DNA from: a virus
Reading direction: 5' to 3' (one strand)
DNA length: 64,000 bases
IMG/VR virus record: IMGVR_UViG_3300004807_000021
Location: 1-64,000 of that record
The notes below the pieces were generated by a model. That model worked only from the letters and a program-made list of their open reading frames with translations, was not told the DNA's origin and made no database searches. Each line of letters opens with the position of its first letter. The first letter of the stretch is position 1. The position numbers and the translations under genes are program-made. Shown piece after piece: positions 1 to 11,465 of this stretch.

Positions 1-1
1 T

Positions 2-1420
2 ATTGCGGCTACAACAAACACTAGTATAACTGCTGTAAGCGGTACTACAGTTACCGTTGCTAGTACTACTAACTTAAACGTAGGACAGCCTATCCTAGTA
101 GCTGGTGTGTCAGGCGGTATTCAAAACGGTCTATATAACGGTGTATGGTATATTGCGTCACTTAGCCCGTTTACACTGGCTACAACTTTACAAAACGCTT
201 TATGGAATTTACCTTACACATTTGGTAGTGGATCTATGACAGGTACAGTTACAGTTACTAGCCAAATACCTACTTATATCTCACAAGGATTTGTAACATT
301 TTCATTTTCCAGCCTTGGTAGTAGTATTGTGCCTTTTTATCCTGGTCAACAAATACAGATACAAGGTACTGGAACAGGTATTGCAGGTAGCGGAAGTTAT
401 AATCAGTACAACGGTACATGGATTGTTTGGACAGCTTCCAACACTACAGTTACTATCAGTACTGGTGTAACAGGTTCATTAAGTGCTAACGGTACTGTAA
501 CTTCATTGCCAAATGCTTGTCCAACATTGTTTATTAAAGCTCCACAGAGTAACGGACAAGTTTATTACTATCAAGTAAGCTATCCAGGTTATTTAGGAGC
601 AAGTACTCCTACTCATACAGTAGGTCTTGCTGTTAATGGTACCGCAGGTTTAACTTATGTTGGTTCTGTTGCTACTGGTCAATCAGCTATTGGATACAGC
701 GGCATTATTACAGCAGGTGCAGTACATCAAGTTGGTGCAGTAACTAATATTATAATTACCTTTGCAGGAACTGGCTATACTGCTCCTCCGCAAGTATTAC
801 TAAGTGGACCACAAGTTGCTGGTGGACGTCAAGCCATAGCAACAGCTACAGTTGCTAGCGGTAGCATAACTGCTATAAACATTGTTGATGCAGGATCTGG
901 TTACTTATATCCACCAAGTGTAACATTTGTTGGACAGGGCGGTCAAACTGCCGTGGCCAGTGCTACAGCAGTTATTGGTAATCCTGGAGAAAAACCAATT
1001 GTATCTACACTAGTTCCTCAAGTGGCATTTGGTTCAGTCAGTGCTAATACCTATGTGCTAGACTTTGGACTGAACGGACATAATGTGGTATTTTTACAAA
1101 CAGCGGCTTCAAGTACGTTCTACTTTGATAACTACGCACAAGGTTCTCCAAACGCAACTCCTTATAACAAAGGTTTTCCATTGGGACGCAGAATCATTCT
1201 TTATGTAAAGAATACTAGCGGTAGTGGTATTACACTAACATTTAGTAACTTGCAGGCAAACAACGCTGGTTCAACTGGTACTACTCCAACACTAGCGGCT
1301 AACAAAACACTGAAAGTAGAATTCATTGTGTTAAGTCAGGGTAGTTTGTTAAATCAAACTGGAGCAGGATATGCTGGTGGTAGTATACACGATGTATATG
1401 CTACAATGACAACAACCTAA
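2..1420 (+). CDS. Tail fibre / virion structural protein, 5'-truncated by the window edge
   Basis: The frame of ORF 107..1420 is open back to position 2 (IAATTNTSITAVSGTTVTVASTTNLNVGQ...). The protein is Gly/Thr/Ser/Val-rich with 'G-x-G-Y-x-x-x-P-x-V' repeats typical of T4-like phage fibre proteins. Confidence 0.7.
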   Translation: MAATTNTSITAVSGTTVTVASTTNLNVGQPILVAGVSGGIQNGLYNGVWYIASLSPFTLATTLQNALWNLPYTFGSGSMTGTVTVTSQIPTYISQGFVTFSFSSLGSSIVPFYPGQQIQIQGTGTGIAGSGSYNQYNGTWIVWTASNTTVTISTGVTGSLSANGTVTSLPNACPTLFIKAPQSNGQVYYYQVSYPGYLGASTPTHTVGLAVNGTAGLTYVGSVATGQSAIGYSGIITAGAVHQVGAVTNIIITFAGTGYTAPPQVLLSGPQVAGGRQAIATATVASGSITAINIVDAGSGYLYPPSVTFVGQGGQTAVASATAVIGNPGEKPIVSTLVPQVAFGSVSANTYVLDFGLNGHNVVFLQTAASSTFYFDNYAQGSPNATPYNKGFPLGRRIILYVKNTSGSGITLTFSNLQANNAGSTGTTPTLAANKTLKVEFIVLSQGSLLNQTGAGYAGGSIHDVYATMTTT

Positions 1421-1433
1421 ACAACTATGCTTA

Positions 1434-1464
1434 AACAAAAACCCGCTAAGGCGGGTTTTTTGTT
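1434..1464. terminator. Bidirectional intrinsic terminator
   Basis: AACAAAAACCCGC-TAAG-GCGGGTTTTTTGTT inverted repeat with A- and T-tracts, between convergent genes. Confidence 0.85.
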
Positions 1465-1499
1465 GACTAAAATTTTAATTTGTGCAGTTGTATAGTCAC

Positions 1500-1524
1500 A
1501 AAAAAAGGATCTTTCGATCCTTTT
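1500..1524 (-). terminator. Intrinsic terminator after the 1672-aa gene
   Basis: The minus strand reads AAAAGGATC-GAAA-GATCCTTTTTTT (GNRA loop plus U-tract), 20 nt after the stop at 1544. Confidence 0.8.
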
Positions 1525-1543
1525 CTTGTATAAGCGTCGTTGA

Positions 1544-4500
1544 TTACGCTTGTGATTCAGTCCATGAAATACGACTGAAAATTGGGTTTGCATAACGTGT
1601 ATCCAAGTTAGTTGCAAACACTGTGATAACGTCTGGACCGTCTGGGAATACACCGTCACCGCCAAATACGCTGTTACCTAAGTCTTTAACAACTGTCATA
1701 TCAGCACTTGTTGAAGTGAAGAATGTACCACCTGAAGCGTTAGCGTAGAAAGCTAGGATAATATCACCACCAGTTACGATATCACTTGGGTTGTGATAGA
1801 TAACTTGACTTAATGATCCTGAACCTACGCTGTTAGCTGTCCATAGTGCTGGAGTAAACGCAACACTTGCACAGTTATACTTAACTGTAATCAAGAATGG
1901 TCCAGCGTTGAATACGTCCATCTGGTACAACTTGGCTTGCATACGTAGAATAACGTCACGTACACCAAAGTTACGAGCAAAGCCGTTTGAACTACTTGGG
2001 CTTACACGCATACTAATCAATGGTGATGTTTGGTTAGGCTGTACAACCGCCGCTGTCTGACGTGGTGTTGTAAACACATATGAAATATCGCCGTCAAAAC
2101 GTCCGTCCATAATAGCTGACACACCCCAGTGTTGTACGTTTGGTGCTAACAAGATGTTAGAATTCAAAGCGTTACTTAATGGATTACCAGTATTGTTATA
2201 GCTGTAGTGTTGGCTAGCTGTTGGGTTACCACGGTTAATCAAGAACACAGTTTGTGGTCCGCTTGTACCAGTAGACGCAATGTTAGTATATGCAGTTGTA
2301 CCGCTGATACCAACAATCTTAACGTTTACATAGTTCCATGCTGGATGTGCCGCTATTGTACAACCAACAAACAACTGAGCCGCAATAGTTGCACTACCAA
2401 TAGTAATTGCATTTGAACCTTGTGTTGTTGTAACACTGAATCCAGCACCGCTTGAGTTCACTGAACTTACTACTGAACTTTCACGATAGCAACCAATCAA
2501 TTGATTAGCACCAATAACTACAGTTGGAGTACTAGTATAGCCATAACCTGCCGCTGTAACAATAACTTGTGTCACAGAACCGTTAACTACTACTGCACGA
2601 GCTTGAGCTCCTGCACCGCCACCACCAAAGATATTCACTGGTGGAGTACTGGTATAACCAACACCGCCTGATACCACTGGAATACTTGTTACACCGCCAC
2701 CACTAACTACAATAGTACCTGTTTGAGCAACTGCTGTTAGACCTGCAAGTCCAGTTGCCCATGGAGCACTAGTACTCTGTGGAGCGAATGGAACTGAAAT
2801 ATTTTGGTTAACTGCATCTGGGTTACCAGTAAGTTTTTGTGTTGTTTGAGCTGCCACACCTGTGTAGAAGAACAATTCGCCGTCGATAATTACTTCGCCG
2901 TTGAACATCTGTCCTTTATCACCAGTACTGCTTGGCATAAAGTAACGACTTGCATCATACAAGCTGATAGTACCTGCACTTGGGCTTGCACTCATTGTGT
3001 AACCAGTTGAAGGAATATCAACAGTAATTGGGCTACGTGCTGGAGCATTAACTGCTTCAAAACGGCCTGGCAAGTTACCTGAGCGTTGGAACGCTAGATA
3101 TTCACGGTTACCGTGTTGTACCTTGTGAGCGTACACGATATCACCGTTAACCATTCTAACTCCCCAACGGATAAATCCTGCACCGTACCATGTGTAGTCG
3201 ATGTAGATCATCTGGATCTTAGTGTGATCCATGTTAAATCCTGTTGGTCCTGTGCCGTCCATAGTATCCAAGTTGAACTGGAACTGTGGAGTACGTAGCT
3301 CACGTACCATGTATTTCTTAACTGCAATATCTTCAGCAAACATCTTAGTAGTACCATATGTGCTGATAACAGTTGAACCTGTTGTTGTACCAGCTGTTTG
3401 ATACTGTATTGTTGAACCGTCAGATGCAATGTTGATGATTGGCCACATACCGTTTGCGTTGGTTTGTGTAGCACCTACTACAAATATACGTGATCCAAAT
3501 ACCAAGTTAGTAGCACTAGAAACTGTACCACTTAAACCCTGTGTAGTTACAAATGGTGTAAACAATGTGATTACGTTTGTACTTGTGTTGATACCAGTTA
3601 CAAATGTATTCTGTTGAACGTTTGTACCAGTAACAAAACTACCAATTTGAATACCAGCAACGGTGTTCATCGTTAGTGTAGTTGCACCAGAACTTGCACT
3701 TGAACCGCCAGTAGCAATAGTCAATGCATACAATGTTGTGTTAGCTTGGAATGCCAAACTACCAGTAACGTTAGTAGTAATTGGAGTGTTTAGAATAACA
3801 CCAACACCACCAACTGCTAGACCAGCAACCACACAGTTACCTGGAACACCAGAACCAGTAATAGTCATACCTGGAGCAATACCGTATGTAGTATTTAGGC
3901 CAATAACCTGTGTACTTGTTGTATACAAAGCGGCTGATTGATAACCTGGAACTGAACCAATAATCAATGTGCTTGCAGTAGTTGTAAGAATCACCGCCTG
4001 GTTAATGTACAAGTTAATTGTCAAGTTAGCACCGTTGTTACCAGCTGTGTTGGTAAATGATGAAACCTGTGTACCGTTGGCAATAATACCTTGTGCCATT
4101 GAACCGCCAGTTGCTACAATGTTCATACCACTTGCTGGACTGTTATAGAATGCAACAACAATGTTAGCTGTAGTAGCTGTTGTAATACCCTGTGTTAGTG
4201 GAACAACTGTTGAGCCTGAAACATAAGTTGAAGCAACAAATGTGTTAGCTGGCAAATAACCTGCACCAGTAATAACAACTAGTTGTCCTGGTTGGATACT
4301 TGTAGCACTAGCCACTGTGATAGTTGTGCTGTTAACAGCAGTAACTGATGGAATTGAAGTAGCAACGATCTGTGGAATAGTACCTTGTAACTGATATGCA
4401 CCTGTTACACCTACACCGCCTGAGCCAGCTGTACCACTACCTACTAGTGAAGTAAATGTAATACTTGTTGCTGTTGCTGTAGTCTTCATCTGTACTGTTG

Positions 4501-6562
4501 CAGTATTTGTGCTAGAACCAGAAGTAATATATGCAAATGGCAAGCCTGCTGTACCTGATGCCAACGCTGGAGTAGCCGCACGATATGCTGGAGTAATGTT
4601 CAACACGTTATCGTTAACCACCTGGTTGACTTCATAAGTTTGTCCACGGATAATAACTTTATCGCCTGCTTGTACTTGTTTTGTATACTGTGAACCAGTA
4701 CCAATAACAATAGTACTACCAGTCAACACGTTGATTGAACCACGCATGATAGTTGTACCGTTACGACGAACAGCGTTCAAGAATGAACCATCATATTCGT
4801 AGAAGAAACCGTTTTGATCATCAAATAGTCCAAATCTAATGCATGAACCTGTTGCATAACCAACTTCAACTGAACCAATACCAACGCCTGGGTTGGTATC
4901 TGTTGGGCTACCGCTCAACTGTACACCAAAGCTACGTGCTGTTAGTACTACTTGTGGGCTTACACTATATGTGTTGTTATAGAAACCCATATCGGCAACT
5001 GCACTGGCGCCTGCCGCTGTAATGTTACGCAAGTTAACAATCGCACCGTATTGTAAACCATGGTCTTGATCTGTTGTAATTGTTGCAATGTTACCAGATA
5101 CAGTAATACTAGCAATATCAAAGTTTGGTTTGAATGTTGCACTAGTTGAGAACTGAATTCCCTTACCAGCTTGGTAACGGAAATAACGACGTGTTTGACG
5201 CAATGCTTGAGCACCCGCCACTGGGTTACCAGAGAAAATACCGATACCGCCGTCACCTGAACGTTGGATTTGGAATGATTCTGGACGAGCATATACTACT
5301 GTAGTGTTCTGCAACACGTTTGCACTTGGCTGGCTAGTTGGAACACCGGCTGGCACGTTATATGTGAAAGTGTATGGGCTTGGTACACTTTGAATGTACT
5401 GTGGACCGTTACCGTTAGTGATAGCAGTTTGTAAACCACCTACGTAGATAGGAGCACCTGGTACAAAGTTATGGTTACTATAAGTAGTAATTGTGATTGT
5501 ACGACCGTCTGAGCCAGTTGTTATTGCGCTGATAGGCACAATACTTCCAATGCCGTAACCTGCCGCATAGTATCCGCCAACGAATGCAGTAGTTTGTGCT
5601 TTTTGCAATTGGTTTGCGTTGAACTGCTGGTTAATTTTTGGAAAATATGAAAATGCACCTTGGATCTGACTAACAAATGCCGCTACAAATGATCCGTCGC
5701 AATATGGTTCGTTTTGTGTTTCAGCAATTAGAATTGGTGTACCTGGTGTTAAGTTAACACCGGCTGCTGTGATGTTGTTAGATACTTGGAATGCCGCATA
5801 GCTTGGGTTAGCCGCTGTACCTGGTAGAGCACCAATTGTAATGCTTTGTACTGTATAGCTACCAGTTGTACCTGTTACAGGGAATGTAAACTGTGATGTG
5901 CTTGAACTTGCAATAGCGTAACGGAAGTTACTGAACTGAGTGCTTGTACCGTTGGCGTCCACAATGTACACATATGAACCAGCATATGGAGCACTAGATA
6001 ATGAAAGTCCAGTTACAGTACCAACGTTAGCGTTGATGCTGACTGCATAGTTAAGTAGTGTGAATCCAGCTCCACCGTAGTTGATTGATAGAACTGAGTT
6101 ACTGGTGCTGGTATAGATACTAGCATGCCAGTTTTGTGTTTGGAAGAATTCCCACTTGGTTGGTTGGAATGAGTATTCAAAGTCAGTATCAATCAAACTT
6201 TGTGGTAGTGTTACACGTAGTTTGTTTGTAGGATCTTGAAGAGCTTCTGCTGGAGTAAATGTTTCCACATACTCGTCAATCATGATCTGTAGTTTATCAG
6301 TTGCATTAAACGCCGCTGTATTGGTGTTGAAGCCTAATACAATAGTTGTTGTTCCTGCACTTGCACCCCATGACACTTGACCTGCTACTGCTGTATAGCT
6401 AGTAGCTTTCAATGTTGTGTCTGAAAAGTTATATAATACGGTATTGTTGGTGACGTCAGTGATCAGAATCAATCTTTCTCTTGGTATGTATCGTGGAATT
6501 ACGATAGTGGCGGTCGAAGGAGTGAATGTGTATGCTGTGTCAACTAATATTTTTCTTGCCAT
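1544..6562 (-). CDS. Large modular virion structural / tail fibre protein (1672 aa)
   Basis: Long ORF with GGAG SD and an upstream TAAATA. Contains many small beta-rich modules (e.g. ITITTYSNHNFVPG, ATITTDQDHGLQYG, GVGYTSTPPV). Confidence 0.75.
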   Translation of the reverse strand: MARKILVDTAYTFTPSTATIVIPRYIPRERLILITDVTNNTVLYNFSDTTLKATSYTAVAGQVSWGASAGTTTIVLGFNTNTAAFNATDKLQIMIDEYVETFTPAEALQDPTNKLRVTLPQSLIDTDFEYSFQPTKWEFFQTQNWHASIYTSTSNSVLSINYGGAGFTLLNYAVSINANVGTVTGLSLSSAPYAGSYVYIVDANGTSTQFSNFRYAIASSSTSQFTFPVTGTTGSYTVQSITIGALPGTAANPSYAAFQVSNNITAAGVNLTPGTPILIAETQNEPYCDGSFVAAFVSQIQGAFSYFPKINQQFNANQLQKAQTTAFVGGYYAAGYGIGSIVPISAITTGSDGRTITITTYSNHNFVPGAPIYVGGLQTAITNGNGPQYIQSVPSPYTFTYNVPAGVPTSQPSANVLQNTTVVYARPESFQIQRSGDGGIGIFSGNPVAGAQALRQTRRYFRYQAGKGIQFSTSATFKPNFDIASITVSGNIATITTDQDHGLQYGAIVNLRNITAAGASAVADMGFYNNTYSVSPQVVLTARSFGVQLSGSPTDTNPGVGIGSVEVGYATGSCIRFGLFDDQNGFFYEYDGSFLNAVRRNGTTIMRGSINVLTGSTIVIGTGSQYTKQVQAGDKVIIRGQTYEVNQVVNDNVLNITPAYRAATPALASGTAGLPFAYITSGSSTNTATVQMKTTATATSITFTSLVGSGTAGSGGVGVTGAYQLQGTIPQIVATSIPSVTAVNSTTITVASATSIQPGQLVVITGAGYLPANTFVASTYVSGSTVVPLTQGITTATTANIVVAFYNSPASGMNIVATGGSMAQGIIANGTQVSSFTNTAGNNGANLTINLYINQAVILTTTASTLIIGSVPGYQSAALYTTSTQVIGLNTTYGIAPGMTITGSGVPGNCVVAGLAVGGVGVILNTPITTNVTGSLAFQANTTLYALTIATGGSSASSGATTLTMNTVAGIQIGSFVTGTNVQQNTFVTGINTSTNVITLFTPFVTTQGLSGTVSSATNLVFGSRIFVVGATQTNANGMWPIINIASDGSTIQYQTAGTTTGSTVISTYGTTKMFAEDIAVKKYMVRELRTPQFQFNLDTMDGTGPTGFNMDHTKIQMIYIDYTWYGAGFIRWGVRMVNGDIVYAHKVQHGNREYLAFQRSGNLPGRFEAVNAPARSPITVDIPSTGYTMSASPSAGTISLYDASRYFMPSSTGDKGQMFNGEVIIDGELFFYTGVAAQTTQKLTGNPDAVNQNISVPFAPQSTSAPWATGLAGLTAVAQTGTIVVSGGGVTSIPVVSGGVGYTSTPPVNIFGGGGAGAQARAVVVNGSVTQVIVTAAGYGYTSTPTVVIGANQLIGCYRESSVVSSVNSSGAGFSVTTTQGSNAITIGSATIAAQLFVGCTIAAHPAWNYVNVKIVGISGTTAYTNIASTGTSGPQTVFLINRGNPTASQHYSYNNTGNPLSNALNSNILLAPNVQHWGVSAIMDGRFDGDISYVFTTPRQTAAVVQPNQTSPLISMRVSPSSSNGFARNFGVRDVILRMQAKLYQMDVFNAGPFLITVKYNCASVAFTPALWTANSVGSGSLSQVIYHNPSDIVTGGDIILAFYANASGGTFFTSTSADMTVVKDLGNSVFGGDGVFPDGPDVITVFATNLDTRYANPIFSRISWTESQA

Positions 6563-6587
6563 TTTGTTATTTCTCCAATATTTAGGC

Positions 6588-8582
6588 TTAAGTTCCTGTT
6601 GCTATATCTAGTGCAGTGAAAGGATAAGTGGTGTAAACTGGGTTAGTTACGTTACCTATCATTACTATTGCACTAATTATATCTCCATACTGCGGTGGAC
6701 TTGTAAAAACAACTTGTCCAGCGGTTACTGTGTAATCGCCGTATCGTGTCAATGTGTTCCACACTGGTCTACTATTATTTAGCCAAGGTTGCTGATATAC
6801 CCCATTTTTATGCACTAAAAGCTGAACAGGGTAAGTTACGCTTACCGCATTTCCGTTGTTTGTAGGGCTAAAAACAGTGGTTCCGCCGTTTATTGTGTAA
6901 TTGGCGTCAGCGCCTCGATTCCAACTGTCTAACTGTGTGATGTTTGGTAAACTGCTACTAATGTTTGACCATGTAGGTGCTATAGTACCTGTTACTGTAC
7001 CTGCACCCAATGTAAATCCTGTATTACCTAAATTGCTACCCGATGTGGTATATGTTACTGTAGTAGTTGAGCTAGCTGTAACGGTAAAGCTACCATTATA
7101 GCCTACTGGTGTTAGACCGGCTACGTTGATAGCTGATCCTACGCTGAACAACACATATCCAATGCTGGCAAATGTTAAAGTAGCTGTAGTTCCTGAACTG
7201 GCTACACCAGTTACTGCTATTGATTTGCTGGCGCCGTTGGTAATCAATACTTGCCCGGCTGTGCCAGCACTACCACCCATGCGCAATGCGCCTGTCATGT
7301 TAACATCGCCGCCAACATCCAACTGATATGTTGGAGTCATGTTGTTGACACCAGTTTTACCTGTTGATGAAATTGTGACTGAATCTAATGCATTTGTTGC
7401 CGCATTTACTTGTAAGCGAATTGCGTTGGCACTATAAGTTCCAATTGCTAGATCGGTAGTAGCAGATGCTAAAACGCTATATCCGGCGGCATTTAGTGAA
7501 CCAATACCATATGCTGTACTGTTATAGGTTGTAGAGTTGATACCTAATTCTACATAGTTAGCACTTGCGGTACCAGCATTGTTATAGGCAACAATGTTTG
7601 CACTTGCATTATTACCAGCATTGGCATTTTGAATTGTAATCTGATTGTAATTATTGGTGTTGGATACAAAACTGGCTAAAATATTAACATCGTTAAATGT
7701 CTGTGTACCAACAGTGATAGCACCTTGATTGCTTAAACTACCTGTTCCAACACTAACTGATAAACTTGTCAGTGTTCCAACACTGGTCAAACTTGAGTTT
7801 AATACTGTTGAATTTAATGTTGCGCCAGTTAGTGTACCAGCTGCCGCTGTAATTGTACTTGTTCCACCCAATGTTAATGTTGAACCGTTAACAGTAATTG
7901 TGCTGTTGGCCAACATTGAATTGCTAACGCCACCACCAGCCAATGCTGATTGAATATTAGCAGTAGTTGCGTACTTGTTGGTTGTTCCTTGAGAAATTTG
8001 ATCTGTAGTTAGAACAATAACACCAGTTTGATTATTAACACTTGTAATTGATTGAACAAAAGTAAAAACACCGTTAGCACTATTATAAGTCAAAGAATTG
8101 CTAGGATCACTAACACTCAATTGATTTAGAACATTTGACGATGTCAAATAGTTAACGTCGTTAATAAATGCTGATATGTTAGTAGGCTGTGTATAACTAA
8201 ACACACCTGTACTGCTGTTATAGTTGATACTACCAGTAGCACTAACTGAACTTCTTGCACGAGACTGTGTAAAATACTGATTGCTACCTTCTGATACACT
8301 AGTAGTAGTCAAACTAGGTGTATAGTTGGCCACTGCTGTGGTTACAAACGCTGTTGTAGCCACCTGTGTTGTATTTGTGCCGGCTGTAGCTGTAGGAGCT
8401 GTAGGTGTTCCTGTAAATGCTGGACTTGCCAAAGGTGCTTGAGCAAAACCACCAACCGTTGTACCATCGTGTACTACTAGGCTGTTAGTAGTTGTGTTGA
8501 CAATGACCTCGCCGACTGCACCAGTAAAGGTAGCATTGTCTGCTGTGGTTCCTCTGCGTAATTGTAATGTGGTTTTTGCCAT
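6588..8582 (-). CDS. Tail fibre protein with Mtd N-terminal domain
   Basis: N-terminus LQLRRGT...FTGAVGEV...VHDG.T.GG is the major tropism determinant N-terminal motif. It is followed by the tail fibre repeat APLASPAFTGTPTAPT...TTQVATTAFV. Confidence 0.8.
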   Translation of the reverse strand: MAKTTLQLRRGTTADNATFTGAVGEVIVNTTTNSLVVHDGTTVGGFAQAPLASPAFTGTPTAPTATAGTNTTQVATTAFVTTAVANYTPSLTTTSVSEGSNQYFTQSRARSSVSATGSINYNSSTGVFSYTQPTNISAFINDVNYLTSSNVLNQLSVSDPSNSLTYNSANGVFTFVQSITSVNNQTGVIVLTTDQISQGTTNKYATTANIQSALAGGGVSNSMLANSTITVNGSTLTLGGTSTITAAAGTLTGATLNSTVLNSSLTSVGTLTSLSVSVGTGSLSNQGAITVGTQTFNDVNILASFVSNTNNYNQITIQNANAGNNASANIVAYNNAGTASANYVELGINSTTYNSTAYGIGSLNAAGYSVLASATTDLAIGTYSANAIRLQVNAATNALDSVTISSTGKTGVNNMTPTYQLDVGGDVNMTGALRMGGSAGTAGQVLITNGASKSIAVTGVASSGTTATLTFASIGYVLFSVGSAINVAGLTPVGYNGSFTVTASSTTTVTYTTSGSNLGNTGFTLGAGTVTGTIAPTWSNISSSLPNITQLDSWNRGADANYTINGGTTVFSPTNNGNAVSVTYPVQLLVHKNGVYQQPWLNNSRPVWNTLTRYGDYTVTAGQVVFTSPPQYGDIISAIVMIGNVTNPVYTTYPFTALDIATGT

Positions 8583-8600
8583 CTTATTTTCCTAAAAATT

Positions 8601-11051
8601 TTAATCGCCCAACATGCTGTGCATGGTAAAACGTGGAACACCGTTGTTGTTACTTGTAGTTTGTACTTTGTAATACAAATAGATGTAGTTTACACCGCCC
8701 TGTATTCCTGTCGAGACGTTGTTACTAGTACCGTCTACACCGCAGAATAATACTTGTCCGTCATCTGTAATGAATCCTGACAAATCATTACCTGGTACGC
8801 CAAAGCCCATAATGGTTGTTATTCTCACGTTGCTAGGCATACGTGCTGGCCAGTAGTGATACCATCCACCTGTTTCTGGATCTTGTGTTTGATCGTTGCT
8901 AGATACTGCGGCAGCTTGTGAGCTATATCCTAAACTCAAACTACCATAACTGTTGGTTCCCTGACCCCATACGCGACCGCTTTCATCCAACATCATAATA
9001 GTAAATTGGCTGGTGGAAGTTGCGCCTTGATTACCCTGTTCATTGTTAGTAATAGTCACTACGTTGCGCGGACCACGAATCAATGCCCATGGACCAGTAG
9101 CGCCTTGAGCGTTAGTACTGTAGTTGCTTGACTGTGGAGAAATAGTATTTCTTCTGTTGTCGCCCATACCGTAGGTTAATCCTGTGTCTTTTTCACGGAT
9201 GAACACATTGTTTGAATAAGCATCGCCTAGAATCCATACATTTTCTACCTGTTTAATATTATAGTTGGTAGTTTGATACTTAGTGAATCTATTTAGATAG
9301 TTACCTGCGCCATTGGTTACCTGCGCCGCAACTGAATACATAGGAGTTAATGGGCTCATCGCTTGAGGTATTGCACCAGCACCAAATAAACTGCCGTCGT
9401 TAGTTAGTATTAGTACCCAACGGTTGTTGGCTCCAGTATAATGAGCAAATGTCATCTTTTTAATGCCGCCAAATTTCTTAAAGTCAAATGGCACACGAGT
9501 AGGTATATCTCTATAGTTGTTGGTACTAACTTGCCCACCCATACCTAATTCGCCTGACCAATCTGATCCCCAACCCCATAGGTCACCGTCTTCATCTATG
9601 GCTAATACTGATCCTGTATCACCACCAAATGCAATAAAGTCAACAATCTTTTTGTTATCAAAAAATACGCCTGGAATTCTGATAGGCTGTGTTTGGTTTA
9701 CATAAGAACCAGTGATAGTAGTGTTAGTTGTTGTTGCACCTAACCCTAGTTGTCCTGATTGGTTGTATCCCCATGCCCACATACTGCCATCGCTACCCAG
9801 TGCATACCATGACAACTGTAACGAACTTTGTAGACCTGATCCTGAAGAATCAACTTTAACAATCTTAGTTTGATTAAAACTGCGAGGTAGTGTGTCGCCT
9901 AACCAACCAGTTGTACCTACGTTGGTTACTCGGGTAGTGTTGTTGTATTGGCTAGTACCTGAATTGCCTGCTTGGCCCGATGCATTGTTATATCCTGAAA
10001 AATAAACTTCACCATTGTTAAATACCCAGCATGACTGGTTAAATGTTCTTACCCATTGAATGCATCTTGGAGGCAATCCATCTGGTGTAGGTAACCATGT
10101 GTTTGGTAATGCGCCTAGTCCTAAACTAGAAGCATTATCAGTAGAACGTAACCAATCTACAAATGTAAATGTAGCAGGTTGCCAACTATTTGTGTAATCT
10201 CTAATGCCTCGACCTACAGCGTTAAGGGACACACTAGACCAGCCGTTACTATAAGGAACACCGTCTGCTCCAATCCAATTTATAGTATTACCATCTGAAA
10301 CTTGTGTATTTGGATAGTCACCATTGTTACGAGTCCAACCTAAAGGTTGATGGTTAGCAAAAACTGTGGCATACAAACGTCTAGAATCTCTGCTAGGGCT
10401 TTGAAATACTCTTACCCAATAGGTAGGATCTTCTGGATGTGTGTTACGTACAGGAGCAAAGTTAAAAAATACTGTAGGCGCTGTTTGATAGCCAATACCT
10501 GGGCTTGTTATTACCACACCGGTAACTGCACCTGTTGGTGATATAGTGGCATATCCTTGAGCGCCAAAACTGCCTCTCAAGCTGTCAAATCCAAATGTTA
10601 CCAGTGGAGCTTGACTGTAACCAGTACCTCCGTTAGTTATGATTACGTTAACAATACTGCCTTGGCCGTTGATAACTGCTGTTGCTGTTGCGCCTTGGCC
10701 TGGCATACCAGTATACATATAAAGATCGCCACCGTAACGCACTATGTCGCCATACACATAAACTCTGTGAGGCGCCCAACCACGTTTGAACTGATTACCA
10801 CGTACAATCAAACGGAAATATTGTGTTTCTAGATCAGGACGCTTGTCTACAAAATAAATTTCAGGAGTTCCAGTGTAAGAGGATTGTGTATTAACATCCT
10901 TTTCCATGGCAATTTTCCACTCGTCTTGAACGTCTTGCAAGCAAACATAAGCGGCATTGTTATATTGTACTATATCGTTCTTTTTGTACAGTGTAGATGA
11001 TTGCCATTGGCCTCTGTAGCTAAATTTGAATTGAGAAACGGTTAATCCCAT
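8601..11051 (-). CDS. RCC1-like beta-propeller virion protein with N-terminal carbohydrate-binding-type (WxxxxxYxxxDxV) repeats
   Basis: RCC1 repeats (DGSMWAWGYNQSGQLGLG, DGDLWGWG..SGELGMG) and N-terminal GQWQSSTLYKKNDIVQY. Confidence 0.8.
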   Translation of the reverse strand: MGLTVSQFKFSYRGQWQSSTLYKKNDIVQYNNAAYVCLQDVQDEWKIAMEKDVNTQSSYTGTPEIYFVDKRPDLETQYFRLIVRGNQFKRGWAPHRVYVYGDIVRYGGDLYMYTGMPGQGATATAVINGQGSIVNVIITNGGTGYSQAPLVTFGFDSLRGSFGAQGYATISPTGAVTGVVITSPGIGYQTAPTVFFNFAPVRNTHPEDPTYWVRVFQSPSRDSRRLYATVFANHQPLGWTRNNGDYPNTQVSDGNTINWIGADGVPYSNGWSSVSLNAVGRGIRDYTNSWQPATFTFVDWLRSTDNASSLGLGALPNTWLPTPDGLPPRCIQWVRTFNQSCWVFNNGEVYFSGYNNASGQAGNSGTSQYNNTTRVTNVGTTGWLGDTLPRSFNQTKIVKVDSSGSGLQSSLQLSWYALGSDGSMWAWGYNQSGQLGLGATTTNTTITGSYVNQTQPIRIPGVFFDNKKIVDFIAFGGDTGSVLAIDEDGDLWGWGSDWSGELGMGGQVSTNNYRDIPTRVPFDFKKFGGIKKMTFAHYTGANNRWVLILTNDGSLFGAGAIPQAMSPLTPMYSVAAQVTNGAGNYLNRFTKYQTTNYNIKQVENVWILGDAYSNNVFIREKDTGLTYGMGDNRRNTISPQSSNYSTNAQGATGPWALIRGPRNVVTITNNEQGNQGATSTSQFTIMMLDESGRVWGQGTNSYGSLSLGYSSQAAAVSSNDQTQDPETGGWYHYWPARMPSNVRITTIMGFGVPGNDLSGFITDDGQVLFCGVDGTSNNVSTGIQGGVNYIYLYYKVQTTSNNNGVPRFTMHSMLGD

Positions 11052-11063
11052 GATGTTGTCCTG

Positions 11064-11465
11064 TTAAAATCCTAGATTACTTAGGTAATCGTCGTGTTCT
11101 TTTTTAAGTGCTGTTAGTGTATCTATAGTATATTTATCGCCAACTGCTAAGTTGGTTAATACTGTAAATAGATCCATGGTCAGCTTGCTTTTAATATCTT
11201 GTAATTCTTCTCTTACTACCCATAGTTTGTCTTTTACTGAATCAAGGTAGGCTTTGTCTGCTGGATCAGTGACATCGTATATTTTCATTTGAAATTTTTC
11301 ATCGTTGTCAGCTGGTATTACCACAGCAGTATCAAAACTATAAAACTCCTTGTCGTCCACAGTGCCAAGCAATTTATAACTGACTTTAGGAATAAATCCG
11401 TCAAGATGTTCAGCATCTTGAAAGCCAGTTAAATCTCCAGTAATGTGACTAAGAATTTTTCTCAT
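11064..11465 (-). CDS. Small hypothetical protein, possible fibre assembly chaperone (start probably ATG at 11465)
   Basis: Charged ~133-aa ORF between two RCC1 genes. ATG at 11465 lies 1 nt after the upstream stop codon. Function is inferred from position only. Confidence 0.55.
   Translation of the reverse strand: MRKILSHITGDLTGFQDAEHLDGFIPKVSYKLLGTVDDKEFYSFDTAVVIPADNDEKFQMKIYDVTDPADKAYLDSVKDKLWVVREELQDIKSKLTMDLFTVLTNLAVGDKYTIDTLTALKKEHDDYLSNLGF

Noticed and set aside
1417-1665. 82-aa minus-strand ORF
   Set aside because: Overlaps the 1672-aa gene out of frame and runs through two terminators.
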